From a virus, in IMG/VR virus record IMGVR_UViG_3300032163_000001, positions 1 to 46,248 of that record: a stretch of 46,248 bases of DNA, one strand, 5' to 3'. The notes under the pieces were generated by a model, which was given only the letters and a program-made list of their open reading frames with translations, was not told where the DNA came from and ran no database searches. Shown piece by piece: positions 20,948 through 30,836 of the stretch; positions within the stretch are counted from its first letter, which is position 1, and each line of letters starts with the position of its first letter. The position numbers and the translations under genes are program-made.

Positions 20948-21552
20948 TGATTATCTATAAAGCTGAGAATAAAGTTAATGGTAAGGTTTATATTGGTCAA
21001 ACTATTAAGAACATTGATAAAAGAATTTCTGAACATTTAAAATCTGAATATAGTTGTGGTATTGTTTTTCGAAATGCTCTTAAAAAATATGGAATTCAGT
21101 CTTTTGAAATTTCTATTATAGATAAAGGAGAATCTAGAGAAGAACTTAATGAGAAAGAAAAATATTGGATTAAGTTTTATAATTGTAAAGTCCCAGATGG
21201 TTATAATTTGACCAATGGAGGAAATGGAATTATTGGATATATCTTTACTCCAGAGGTTAGAAAGAAAATTGGTGATTCTATTAGAGGAAAGAAAAATCCA
21301 ATTCATTCAGAATGGATGAAAAAGAATAATCCAAATAAGAAACTAGAAGTTAGAGAAAAAATGGGTAGTCCTGGAAAAAGTAATGGAAGATTTGGTAAGC
21401 ACTGGTCCGAAGAAGAAAGAAAGATGATTAGTGAAAAGACAAAACAAGGTATGAAAAATTCAAGAGCTGCGGAGAAAATAAGTAAAAAATGTAAAGGAAG
21501 AATTCCTTGGAATAAGAAACTAATAGAGGCTAACAATGGCAATAAGGTTTGA
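20947..21552 (+). CDS. GIY-YIG homing endonuclease (copy 1)
   Basis: IYKAENKVNGKVYIGQT (GIY...YIG), KYG, EKYWIKFYN...GYNLTNGG. It overlaps both the beta-prime stop (TAATG) and the beta start. Confidence 0.7.
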   Translation: MIIYKAENKVNGKVYIGQTIKNIDKRISEHLKSEYSCGIVFRNALKKYGIQSFEISIIDKGESREELNEKEKYWIKFYNCKVPDGYNLTNGGNGIIGYIFTPEVRKKIGDSIRGKKNPIHSEWMKKNNPNKKLEVREKMGSPGKSNGRFGKHWSEEERKMISEKTKQGMKNSRAAEKISKKCKGRIPWNKKLIEANNGNKV

Positions 21553-24500
21553 AAAATTTCGACTTAATACACAAACTACTGACTCATTACGTTTCGTCTT
21601 AACAGATCAGAATATAGATCGTCCATACGCACTCGTCTACTTCTCTGAAAACTCTACTTTTATTGAAGACTATCCAAAGCTAAATCTTAGACCAGTAGAT
21701 TTTAGAATTGTCCTTGTCCCCTGGTCTATTCTTCCGAAATCTTCATTAACTAAAGATATGAGAGATGAGTATAAGAAACTTGGTTTACTTGCATATTCTA
21801 GTCGATTAAAAAATATGCCAAAAAGAAGAAATATTATAATTGATATTTCTGAATATATCGCAGCGATTGATAAATATCTAAAACCCATTAATTATAGACT
21901 GCGGGCTGGAAGGTATATTATTAGTCTTTTAAAATCAGTAGCTTTTAACTGGTCTAAGGATTATGAACTAGTTTTTGTTTACTCTATAGATATCAACAAA
22001 CCTATCTTTAAAATTATTGATAGAAGAGTATTTCCGATTGTTCGAAATGTAAGAGATGAAGAGTTTCCATTTAAACATTTTATTTTATCTACTATTGGTG
22101 CATCAAGTGTAAGATATCGTCTTTTGATGAAAAATGGAAGTTTCAATTACGCATTTTTGTGGCAGTATATAAAAGCTATTACACAATCTCATAGACCTGA
22201 GATAGAAGACCATGAAACAGTTGATATTCCGAAAGTTGATAAAGACGATGATCCAGAAATAGAGTCAGCTTCACAAGATATAGTAAAACATGTAGAACCA
22301 CATGTTGACAAAAAAAATGTTCAAAAATTCAAATCTTCTATTTCTTCTTTTTTAAAGAAAGATAATAAATCACTGGATAGAGTTATTTCTAAAGAAGTTA
22401 CTCCAGAAGAAAAACAAAAGATTGCTATCGCTTCAATCCTATATAAAAGTACAGGAGACTTACAGAGAGCTAAAAGTATAGCGAAATATATTCCAACAAA
22501 AGATGTTCTTAAAGCTTTGGTAAATGTTGATAAGAAGTATGCAGATGAACTTTTACCGCGAGTTCCAACTCTTTCTACATCAGAACACCCTATAGTTAAA
22601 CTTGTTGATATTCCAGAAATTGTAGAGAAAAAAGTTCCTACTCATATTATAAGTAAGAGACAAATAGATTTTCATGAAAACTTGAAGAAAGATGTTATTT
22701 CTTCGTTCTCTACTCTTGCTAAGAAGAAAGAAGGAGCAGTAAGACTTGAGAAACTTGAAATAGAAGATAAACCAGAGAAAAGGGGAGAAGTAGAGAAGAC
22801 TGATTTAGCAACTCTAAAAGTTGTTCTAAAAGACGAATTTGGGAATGTACATAAAATTGTAATTGACATTCCTAAGATAGATCAATTTGGAACGTTTAGA
22901 GTTAATGGAATAAGACAGTGCCTTTTAAACCAAATAATTTTTTGTCCAATTACGTTTCCAAAAAGGTATGATTCAAGGTTTGAAAGTTTTTACTCACAGT
23001 TTCATATTAAAAGTAAAAGAGTTAGAGAACCATACTATTTAGAAATCTATATGGGTGGAAATATTATTCCATTACTAATTTGTTTAGGTTATGGTTTTGG
23101 ATTTGATAACGTTCTAAAAGACTATGGAATTTCTTACAAAGTTGTAGATAAAAAATCTAAGGAAGAATTTTCTAGTAAAGTAAACGAAGACAAATATATT
23201 ATATTTGAAAAGGTTGATAATGAACTTAAACAAGAATTATGTACTTCTTTTATCAAGGCAAAAGTTTGGAAATATAAAATTGATAAAGAATTTCCTAGTA
23301 GAGAATACTTCAATGATTTAATCATTAAACTAACAGGAAGAATAAATTCTACATATATGATTCAAACTAACATAGAAAATATTATAGATCCAGTAACTAA
23401 ACAAGTTTTATTGAATAAAGGTCAACCAGTAACACTAGATCAAGTTATGAGATATATGGCTTCTAAAGTAGTTACTGGTTATATAGAAGATTTGAATGAC
23501 CTTTCTTCAAGAAGAATAAGAAGTTCTGAAGTTTTAGTTCATTTACTTCAGGAACAAATAGAAGCTGCTTATACTGTTTATAGATCTCAAATTCTTTCTG
23601 GAAATAAGAGCGCTAAACTAGAGATTTCTCCAATTGCACTTATGAAAAAATTTAAACAACAAGAAATAGTTGTTAATATGGAATACTCGAATCCACTAGA
23701 AGAACTAGCTACTTTAACTAAAATTAGTCCAATAGGAAAATCAATAAGCGGTATACCAGGGAGAGAATCTGTACAAGTTAGTGCTAGAGATATTAACGAT
23801 TCGTTTTTTGGTAACATAGATCCTTTAGATACACCTGAAGGGGAAATGGTTGGGATAGTGCAGTATCTTACAGTTGATGCTAATATAACTACAAGTAGAG
23901 GTTTGTTTTTTAAGAAGTCTCTGGATGATAAAGAAAAGTCTGGAATACTTTCAACATCTAGTTCAATGATTCCATTTATTGAAAGAAATGATGGTGCTAG
24001 AGTTTTGATGGCTGATGGTCACTCAAAACAAGCTTTGCCTTTAAAGAACCCGGAATCTCCAATAGTACAATCAGGTTATGAATCAGTTCTCACAAGGTCT
24101 TTATCTGACAACTTTTTAAAACCATCTCCGTGTGATGGAGTTGTCCAGAATATTACAAATGATAGTATTACGATAGAATGTAAAGATGGAGAAAAAGAAA
24201 GTGTTGATATTACACCAAGGTATCTAAGATCTGGAACTGGGAAAGATACTTTAAGTGTTTTTAATGTTAAAGTTGAAAAGAATCAGAAAGTTAGAAAAAA
24301 TCAAATACTTGCAGAAGGTGCGTGTATTTCTAATGGTATGATTTCTTTAGGAAGAACTTTGTGTGTTGCGATAATGAATTATAAAGGATATAATTTTGAA
24401 GATGGAATAGTAGTTAGTGAAAAACTGATAAGTGAAGAAAAATTGACATCTCTGCATGGAGAAGAGATTGATGTATGGGTTTCTGAGAAAGATAGAATTT

Positions 24501-25690
24501 TGTTTGTAAATTCAATTGGGACTGTTACTGAAAGAGGAGATGCTCTTTTAAGAAAGACTAGAGGTGAGATAGAAGAACTTCTTGGTTATACTGAAGAAGT
24601 TGAAGATGAATCAGTTTATATATCAGGCCGAGAATTTATGAAGAAAAGTCCAGGTGGTGTAATTGTAGATATTGAAGTATTTACGAATGTTAAATCAGAA
24701 AGATTTCCATTACTTAAAGATTTAATTGAAAGAACTTCTAGAAAATATAGAAAACCTTCTGCTGATCCATTTACAATTAAAGGAGAAAGGATAAATGGAG
24801 TTTTAGTTCGATTTAGAGTAGAGCAAGAACTAAAGATAACTCTAGGAGATAAGATTTGTAATAGATATGGAAATAAAGGAATTATTTCTTTAATAGAAAA
24901 ATCTGAGTATATGCCTAGAACTCCATGGGGAGAAGAGGTTGATATTATATTGAACCCTCTTGGTTTAGTAAGTAGGATGAATATTGGTCAGTTATTTGAA
25001 ATATATTGTGGACTTATCTCTAAAGCTTTAGCTATAAAAATTGTAGAAAGTAATGACCAAAATAGAGCTGTAGAAGGTTTAAGAAGAACTCTCCCACTTC
25101 TAGATGGAACAACTAAAAAAATATATAGTAGTAGTTTAATACAAAGTATATCTAGACTTACAAAAGCAGATTTTTCTAGACTTATAGATAGTATTACGAA
25201 AACGAAGTTCTTTCCAATTATAATACCTCCATTTCAATCACCTAAACTACAAGATATTAAGAAATGCTTAAAAGCTTTGGGTTTAGATGATGGATATCAT
25301 TTGACATTACCAGAGTTCGCGACTAAAACTTCTGAGAAAGTCCCAGTGGGGTATATGTATATTTACAAGTTAGAACATCTTGGAGAGTTAAAGATTTACG
25401 GTCGTTCTACAGGGATTGTTTCTGGCAAAGTTATGCAACCTGTTTCTGGAAGAAGGTTAGAAGGAGGACAAAAGATAGGAGAAAATGATACCTATTCATT
25501 ATTCTCATATAATTGTCCAATTTTGTTAAGTGAACTCTTTGGGCCATTGTCGGATGATCATACTACAAAGAATGAGATCATTTCTGATATAATTCATACT
25601 GGTGGAGCTAAGTATAGAGAAGCGAAAGTTTCGCCGGTTAAAGATCTCTTGAACGCCTATCTCGTATCTCTTATGTTAGCTCCGAAGTGA
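21536..25690 (+). CDS. multisubunit RNA polymerase beta-like subunit with a roughly 440-aa N-terminal extension
   Basis: QFGTFRVNGIRQ matches GTFVINGTERV. DPLDTPEGEMVG matches PIETPEGPNIG. RNDGARVLMADGHSKQA matches ANDANRALMGANMQRQA. GDKICNRYGNKGIISLI...VDIILNPLGLVSRMNIGQLFE matches GDKMAGRHGNKGVIS...VDIVLNPLGVPSRMNIGQ. Confidence 0.85.
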   Translation: MAIRFEKFRLNTQTTDSLRFVLTDQNIDRPYALVYFSENSTFIEDYPKLNLRPVDFRIVLVPWSILPKSSLTKDMRDEYKKLGLLAYSSRLKNMPKRRNIIIDISEYIAAIDKYLKPINYRLRAGRYIISLLKSVAFNWSKDYELVFVYSIDINKPIFKIIDRRVFPIVRNVRDEEFPFKHFILSTIGASSVRYRLLMKNGSFNYAFLWQYIKAITQSHRPEIEDHETVDIPKVDKDDDPEIESASQDIVKHVEPHVDKKNVQKFKSSISSFLKKDNKSLDRVISKEVTPEEKQKIAIASILYKSTGDLQRAKSIAKYIPTKDVLKALVNVDKKYADELLPRVPTLSTSEHPIVKLVDIPEIVEKKVPTHIISKRQIDFHENLKKDVISSFSTLAKKKEGAVRLEKLEIEDKPEKRGEVEKTDLATLKVVLKDEFGNVHKIVIDIPKIDQFGTFRVNGIRQCLLNQIIFCPITFPKRYDSRFESFYSQFHIKSKRVREPYYLEIYMGGNIIPLLICLGYGFGFDNVLKDYGISYKVVDKKSKEEFSSKVNEDKYIIFEKVDNELKQELCTSFIKAKVWKYKIDKEFPSREYFNDLIIKLTGRINSTYMIQTNIENIIDPVTKQVLLNKGQPVTLDQVMRYMASKVVTGYIEDLNDLSSRRIRSSEVLVHLLQEQIEAAYTVYRSQILSGNKSAKLEISPIALMKKFKQQEIVVNMEYSNPLEELATLTKISPIGKSISGIPGRESVQVSARDINDSFFGNIDPLDTPEGEMVGIVQYLTVDANITTSRGLFFKKSLDDKEKSGILSTSSSMIPFIERNDGARVLMADGHSKQALPLKNPESPIVQSGYESVLTRSLSDNFLKPSPCDGVVQNITNDSITIECKDGEKESVDITPRYLRSGTGKDTLSVFNVKVEKNQKVRKNQILAEGACISNGMISLGRTLCVAIMNYKGYNFEDGIVVSEKLISEEKLTSLHGEEIDVWVSEKDRILFVNSIGTVTERGDALLRKTRGEIEELLGYTEEVEDESVYISGREFMKKSPGGVIVDIEVFTNVKSERFPLLKDLIERTSRKYRKPSADPFTIKGERINGVLVRFRVEQELKITLGDKICNRYGNKGIISLIEKSEYMPRTPWGEEVDIILNPLGLVSRMNIGQLFEIYCGLISKALAIKIVESNDQNRAVEGLRRTLPLLDGTTKKIYSSSLIQSISRLTKADFSRLIDSITKTKFFPIIIPPFQSPKLQDIKKCLKALGLDDGYHLTLPEFATKTSEKVPVGYMYIYKLEHLGELKIYGRSTGIVSGKVMQPVSGRRLEGGQKIGENDTYSLFSYNCPILLSELFGPLSDDHTTKNEIISDIIHTGGAKYREAKVSPVKDLLNAYLVSLMLAPK

Positions 25691-25703
25691 TAAGGAAGAA
25701 TAG

Positions 25704-26378
25704 ATGATTATTTATAAAGCTGAGAATAAAGTTAATGGAAAGATTTATGTTGGTGAAACATTACATAAATTAGAAACTAGAATTCATGACCATTTTAGGA
25801 TGGGAGGATCACCCGTTTTCTATAATGCTCTTAAGAAATATGGAATTCAAAATTTTAGTATCTTAGTAATAGATACAGCTAAATCTATAAAAGAACTTAA
25901 TGAAAAAGAGAAGTACTGGATCAAATTCTATAATTGTAAAGTTCCAAATGGATATAATTTGACTGATGGTGGAGATGGAATCACTGGATATATTCATACT
26001 CCGGAAGCAAGAAAGAAGATAAGTGAAAAATTGAAGGGAAGAAAAAGAGAATATATGGTAGGAGATAACAATCCAATGAAAAGACCAGAAGTCAGAAAGA
26101 AAGTTAGTAATTCGCAGAAAGTCTATATGAGTAAACCAGAGGCAAAACAAAAAGTTAGTGAAAAATTAAGAAATAGAAAATTTTTAGATGAACATAAAGA
26201 AAAATTGAGAAGACCTAGATCACAAGAATCAAAGAAAAGAATGAGTGAATCAAGAAGAGGAAAAGTTCCTTGGAATAAAGGTTTAACAAAAGAAACTGAC
26301 GAAAGAGTTAAAAAATATTGTGATTTAAATAAGAACAGATATCAGTTAAATGAAATAAAAATTTTAGCACCAAAATAG
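25704..26378 (+). CDS. GIY-YIG homing endonuclease (copy 2)
   Basis: IYKAENKVNGKIYVGET, KYGIQNF, EKYWIKFYNCKVPNGYNLTDGG. The first 40 nt are nearly identical to copy 1. Confidence 0.7.
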   Translation: MIIYKAENKVNGKIYVGETLHKLETRIHDHFRMGGSPVFYNALKKYGIQNFSILVIDTAKSIKELNEKEKYWIKFYNCKVPNGYNLTDGGDGITGYIHTPEARKKISEKLKGRKREYMVGDNNPMKRPEVRKKVSNSQKVYMSKPEAKQKVSEKLRNRKFLDEHKEKLRRPRSQESKKRMSESRRGKVPWNKGLTKETDERVKKYCDLNKNRYQLNEIKILAPK

Positions 26379-26386
26379 GAGAAACA

Positions 26387-26980
26387 ATGGATCCAGAGAA
26401 AATTCTTTTAGGATCTTCATTTCCATTGTATGAAATCGAAGAGGATTTCGACAGAGACGTTGAGAAAGAAGCGTCTTTAAAATATGATCTTTTGAATATA
26501 GTAAATTCTGTTGGAACTGACGACTTTAAAGATTGTTATTTAATGTCGATCAATTCTATAAAAGATAGTTCAATAGATATTCAACAAGTTTTTTGTAATG
26601 AACTACTGGAAAAAGTTAGAGAAATATATGATTATGAGTTTCCAGTTAAACTAGATTTTAGCGAAAGTACCATCCTAGATTTCTATAAATTTATGGAATT
26701 TGTAGAGTTTGACTACCTTGATTTTTTATCGAAGTTGTGGAGGATTATGAGTCAAGATTTAAAGAGTTTACATGTAGTTGATTTTTGTAGATCTAGCTCT
26801 TTCGAAATAGTTAAGGAGGTTGACGATATAGTAGAAACAAGTTCTTTTCCAAAGTTAGTTTCTATTTTCTGCAGAACATATACAAAAGATAATTTGGTTG
26901 AATTTATTATTAAAAAGACTGTTAGAGATAGAATGTTGATAGTTTTAGAAATCAAGGAAGGAGAAGAGAAAAATGGATAA
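26387..26980 (+). CDS. acidic hypothetical protein
   Basis: 197 aa, Asp/Glu-rich, with a ribosome-binding site. Confidence 0.45.
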   Translation: MDPEKILLGSSFPLYEIEEDFDRDVEKEASLKYDLLNIVNSVGTDDFKDCYLMSINSIKDSSIDIQQVFCNELLEKVREIYDYEFPVKLDFSESTILDFYKFMEFVEFDYLDFLSKLWRIMSQDLKSLHVVDFCRSSSFEIVKEVDDIVETSSFPKLVSIFCRTYTKDNLVEFIIKKTVRDRMLIVLEIKEGEEKNG

Positions 26981-27230
26981 AGGAGAATTCACTGTAACTA
27001 TTAAGAGAGGAAGTATAAATATAAGTACTGATAGAACTGACTTGATTGTGATTGATCAGACTCATGATGGTATAGCATTCAGTTTTAAGTATGGAATTCA
27101 TATTCAAGTAACTGATCAATTTATGCCAACAGAAACGAAAGATCGAATCAAAGCTGCAGACTCTCTTCCAAAAGGAAACATAGTATTTGATCTTAATAAC
27201 TATAATAAACCAGTTCATATAGTACTTTAG
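26973..27230 (+). CDS. hypothetical protein
   Basis: 85-aa ORF with a GAAGGAGAAG ribosome-binding site. Confidence 0.35.
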   Translation: MDKGEFTVTIKRGSINISTDRTDLIVIDQTHDGIAFSFKYGIHIQVTDQFMPTETKDRIKAADSLPKGNIVFDLNNYNKPVHIVL

Positions 27231-27600
27231 TTTTCCGTGAATTTAGGGGTAACTATATATATTAATTACTGGATAGAGGAAATAGTTTTATATTTTTTAA
27301 CGTAACTTTTTCCTTTGTCTATGCCCCTCCTAGTGCGACCAGTAAGATTTAACTTCTACTTTAGTTTTTAGAGAAGTCTTTGATCGAGACTTCTATGCTG
27401 CAGGAGAGATAATATTATTCTCTTGTAGAAGTTGAGTCTTATTGAATCGCAAACTTTAAAAACACTGTTTAAAACATTTTTTGTTATCAATTTTTTGTTA
27501 TTCTTCTCTTTTGTTATTTACGTATATATTACGTTTCTAAAAATCTTAAGTAAGAAAGGAGGTATAAAATGATCTAAAAGGGCTGGAGAAAGGAGGGCGA

Positions 27601-27837
27601 ATGGGGAGTGTAGCGTTTGGTATAGAACAGGATGAAGCTTTGAAAAAGACAAGAAGGAGGATAGTAGATGCGATAAGAAAAACAAAAGATAAAAGTATAA
27701 TTATAGCAGTTGCGAAGTTTCTTGGAGTAGATGATCAAAGTATTCATTTGAGTAAACTAGAAAGAGAACATTTAATAGCGAAACTAGTAATCATAGTTAT
27801 TCAAGGAGGCGTCTTATTTTATTTTAATAGTCTTTGA
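27601..27837 (+). CDS. hypothetical small protein
   Basis: 78 aa with an AAAGGAGGG ribosome-binding site. It lies inside a long, mostly noncoding region. Confidence 0.3.
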   Translation: MGSVAFGIEQDEALKKTRRRIVDAIRKTKDKSIIIAVAKFLGVDDQSIHLSKLEREHLIAKLVIIVIQGGVLFYFNSL

Positions 27838-27901
27838 AATCTTTATATAAGCACAGCTGTAGTTTAGCACTGCTTTTACAAAAGGTTATGCACCGCTAGT
27901 A

Positions 27902-27961
27902 GTCATTAGCACGGCTTAACTTACCTACCTAGAAGTAGGAGGTTAAGCAAGTGCTAATGAC
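27902..27961 (+). terminator. long imperfect hairpin (11+7 bp stem) followed about 20 nt later by a T7 run; terminator-like or regulatory
   Basis: gtcattagcac-g-gcttaac ... gttaagc-aa-gtgctaatgac, then gttttttt at 27981-27988. Confidence 0.3.
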
Positions 27962-28009
27962 CTGAAGTTTGCTTCTTAACGTTTTTTTGTTTCAATTTTG
28001 GGAGGAAGT

Positions 28010-28582
28010 ATGAAAATTATATCAGCTGAAAAACTTATAGAAAAATTAGAATGTGAAGTTTATCCTATTACACTTGTTAAGTTTCTTTTGAATAGGCGAA
28101 GAATTATATCATTTTTCTCTAAAGCTGTGAATGAAGAATTTATATCAAAAAATTTGAGTTTTAAATTAGATACTACTAATTGCGAAGCATGTAAATCTAA
28201 AGATATGTTATGTAGGCAACATACTTCTATTTCTAGAGTTCTTAATTGTTCATCTGTTATACTTGATATAGAGAGTAATATTTATTTGCATAAGAATGAA
28301 ATCTTCAAAGTGATTGGAAAGAATTTAGTTATTGTTTATTGTCCTCACCCCAAACTTATAAAAGGACAATTAACTGATGAGAAAGTTAGAAAAGTTGTTC
28401 CTCTTACAGTTGTTGATGAAAAGCTCAAATTCTCTCCAGAAAATATTAAAGTAGTAAGATCATTTTTAGTTACTGATTTAATGGAACAGTATGTAAAGTG
28501 TTGGTTCAATGATGAGTTTTCTATTATGACAATTCCAGAAGATAAAAGCTCTTCTAACTGGTGTCTTTTAGCGAATAAGTAA
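28010..28582 (+). CDS. hypothetical protein
   Basis: ATG at 28010 with a GGAGGA ribosome-binding site. The track's TTG at 27998 is less likely. Confidence 0.45.
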   Translation: MKIISAEKLIEKLECEVYPITLVKFLLNRRRIISFFSKAVNEEFISKNLSFKLDTTNCEACKSKDMLCRQHTSISRVLNCSSVILDIESNIYLHKNEIFKVIGKNLVIVYCPHPKLIKGQLTDEKVRKVVPLTVVDEKLKFSPENIKVVRSFLVTDLMEQYVKCWFNDEFSIMTIPEDKSSSNWCLLANK

Positions 28583-28609
28583 ACTAATTTTAATGGGAGG
28601 AAAAAGAAA

Positions 28610-29560
28610 ATGGATAAAGAATACGAACAATATGGAGATTTATTTCAAACTTCACACAAAGGTTACAAATCTGTTCCACCAGAAGAGGAATTCTTTAAGT
28701 CAGTTTATATTGGAGGGCAAGATAGAAAGAATCATATCAATATAGTTGAAAAAGCAGGGAAGTTACATATTAGAGGATTTTCTTACAATTTAGATAGAAT
28801 TACAATGTTAATTACACATGTTAAAAACGTACTGGTGAAAACAAGGAGAGATGAGAAAACACAAAGAGATGCTGTAGATTGTTTTTCTTACCAAAGTGAA
28901 GCTCAAAATAATAAGGGAACTTCTGGAAGACAATGTGGAAATAATTCTGCAGAAAGAGCGGCTATGGATTTTTGTAAAGATTGTAGATCTAATTTGGTTG
29001 TATCAGGAATCTATTGTGATGATAGCGGTAAACCTTTTGTCGATGATAGAAACGAATTAGTAAGGATATTTATCAGAGCAAGAGGAATGAAATATACTCC
29101 AGTTAGGGCTCATCTGGATAAACTTGCTACAATGGATATTGATCCTCCATTTTTTACTGATGAAGATCCAAAAGTAAAATCAATGGAAAGAGTTTTAGTA
29201 AATAACAAAAGATTCGTTACAGTTATAACTATTGGAGATGCAGCTACTAAAAGTTATGGAATAAAGAAAGTGTTCCAAATGGATACAGGTCAAAAAGTTC
29301 CAAGAGAAGTTACTCAAGCAGTATTAACTGATGCTAAGGGAAGTGTGAAAGAGTTTAATGAAAAGTTCGATTGGTCAAGGAATAAGACAGCTGTAGGTTA
29401 TTCAGAAGATTCTCAAACTGAAGAGTCTGATACTAAAATTGATGCAACTCAAACGTTTGAAAGTCCTACAGAAAAACCAGCTGAAACGAAACAAACTGAA
29501 CCAGAGAAGTCAAAAACAGAAAGTCACCGAAATGTAAATTTTGAAGATATTAAGTTCTAG
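28610..29560 (+). CDS. hypothetical protein with a Cys cluster and acidic C-terminal tail (speculative gp32-like ssDNA-binding protein)
   Basis: CGNNSAERAAMDFCKDCRSNLVVSGIYCDD cysteine cluster. The 60-aa acidic tail ends NFEDIKF, similar to the SSB acidic-tip logic (DDDIPF). Confidence 0.4.
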   Translation: MDKEYEQYGDLFQTSHKGYKSVPPEEEFFKSVYIGGQDRKNHINIVEKAGKLHIRGFSYNLDRITMLITHVKNVLVKTRRDEKTQRDAVDCFSYQSEAQNNKGTSGRQCGNNSAERAAMDFCKDCRSNLVVSGIYCDDSGKPFVDDRNELVRIFIRARGMKYTPVRAHLDKLATMDIDPPFFTDEDPKVKSMERVLVNNKRFVTVITIGDAATKSYGIKKVFQMDTGQKVPREVTQAVLTDAKGSVKEFNEKFDWSRNKTAVGYSEDSQTEESDTKIDATQTFESPTEKPAETKQTEPEKSKTESHRNVNFEDIKF

Positions 29561-29582
29561 AGGTAGTTAAGTAAGGAGGTTT

Positions 29583-30836
29583 ATGATGGCTAGCGGCTCA
29601 GCTCAGAAAGAGTCTTTTAAAGAACAGAAATATTTCGAAAGGTTAAATATTACATGTACTTCAATTTCTAAAGTTAAACAACTAATTAAAGATAATATAA
29701 AAAATACTATTAATTGTTGGAATAATGGAAGACCTGTTGAAAAACAAACGTTTCATATGATTGGACCAGCTGGAGTAGGGAAGACGAAGATATGTTATCA
29801 AATAGCAGAAGAACTTGGAAAAGAATTGGAAACTGATTTTTCAGTGAAGATGATTAAAGCTCCTGTTCTTTCGAGAGACGATTTTATCATTCCATTTCCA
29901 ATCATAGATAATGGTAATACATCATTTAAAATGTTGTATTCAGATTTCGTTCCTAAAGACCCTGATAGTTATGGATTATTTGTTATTGATGAATGTGGTA
30001 GAGGGGATCATGCTTTACAACAGTTGATGTGGCAAGTACAGAATGAATGTAAAGTTCATTTACTGGATTTCCCTAAAGGATGGTTTGTTATAGCAACAGA
30101 TAATCCAGACGATAGAGAATACAGCATGGATATTATAGAAGATGCAGCAGGACTTAGAAGAATGCTACATGTCTATATATCAGTGTCTTCTAGAGATTTC
30201 CTTTCTTATGCAAAAGAATATGGATTTCATAAATATGTAGTTCAGTTTATAGAAGCTCACCCAGAATTTCTTTACGATTTTGAGTCACAAAAACTTGGAG
30301 CTGTTTATGCAAATCCAGCAAGTTGGGAAAAAGTTTCTACAATTTTATGGTCTTATGATATAAAAGACAAAGTTTTACTACATTTAGAGGACGTAGAAAT
30401 TTTGCTATCTGGTCTTCTTAATACTAGTAAAACAAGACTTTTTGTAGAATTCTTGAAAGCTAAAAAGATTATTAAACCTGATGATATTGTTCATGATTAC
30501 GTGTCTATTAGGTCTGATATTCTAGAACTTGTTGAATCTGGAGATAATGCTTCTCTTTCTGAAATAATGAATTCGTTCTTAACTTATTTGAATGATAATA
30601 AACCTGATAGGGGAAAAGCAGAACTAAAGAATATTGGAGCATTTCTAACAGATATTCCAATAGACACAGCTTCAATTTTAGTATCGTATGTTTATAAGTG
30701 TCCTACAAATTCTCCAGGATACAAATATTTTACAACTTTACATGTTGACCTTATGAAAGTGAATAAAGATTATCAACAGAAGTTTTACAACAATCTTGTA
30801 GATTTGTCGAAAAGGGCTACTGGAGAAAACAAATGA
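29583..30836 (+). CDS. MoxR/McrB-like AAA+ ATPase
   Basis: Walker A GPAGVGKT. Walker B FVIDECGRG, matching the DE-x-x-R pattern of DEINRA in MoxR/McrB. Sensor-1-like ATDNP. It is adjacent to and overlaps the von Willebrand A gene. Confidence 0.6.
   Translation: MMASGSAQKESFKEQKYFERLNITCTSISKVKQLIKDNIKNTINCWNNGRPVEKQTFHMIGPAGVGKTKICYQIAEELGKELETDFSVKMIKAPVLSRDDFIIPFPIIDNGNTSFKMLYSDFVPKDPDSYGLFVIDECGRGDHALQQLMWQVQNECKVHLLDFPKGWFVIATDNPDDREYSMDIIEDAAGLRRMLHVYISVSSRDFLSYAKEYGFHKYVVQFIEAHPEFLYDFESQKLGAVYANPASWEKVSTILWSYDIKDKVLLHLEDVEILLSGLLNTSKTRLFVEFLKAKKIIKPDDIVHDYVSIRSDILELVESGDNASLSEIMNSFLTYLNDNKPDRGKAELKNIGAFLTDIPIDTASILVSYVYKCPTNSPGYKYFTTLHVDLMKVNKDYQQKFYNNLVDLSKRATGENK

Noticed and set aside
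17945-25690. Intein or group I intron interrupting the RNA polymerase or RNR genes
   Set aside because: Conserved motifs occur in the expected order with normal spacing and the proteins are of compact length. The homing endonucleases are free-standing between genes, not within them.
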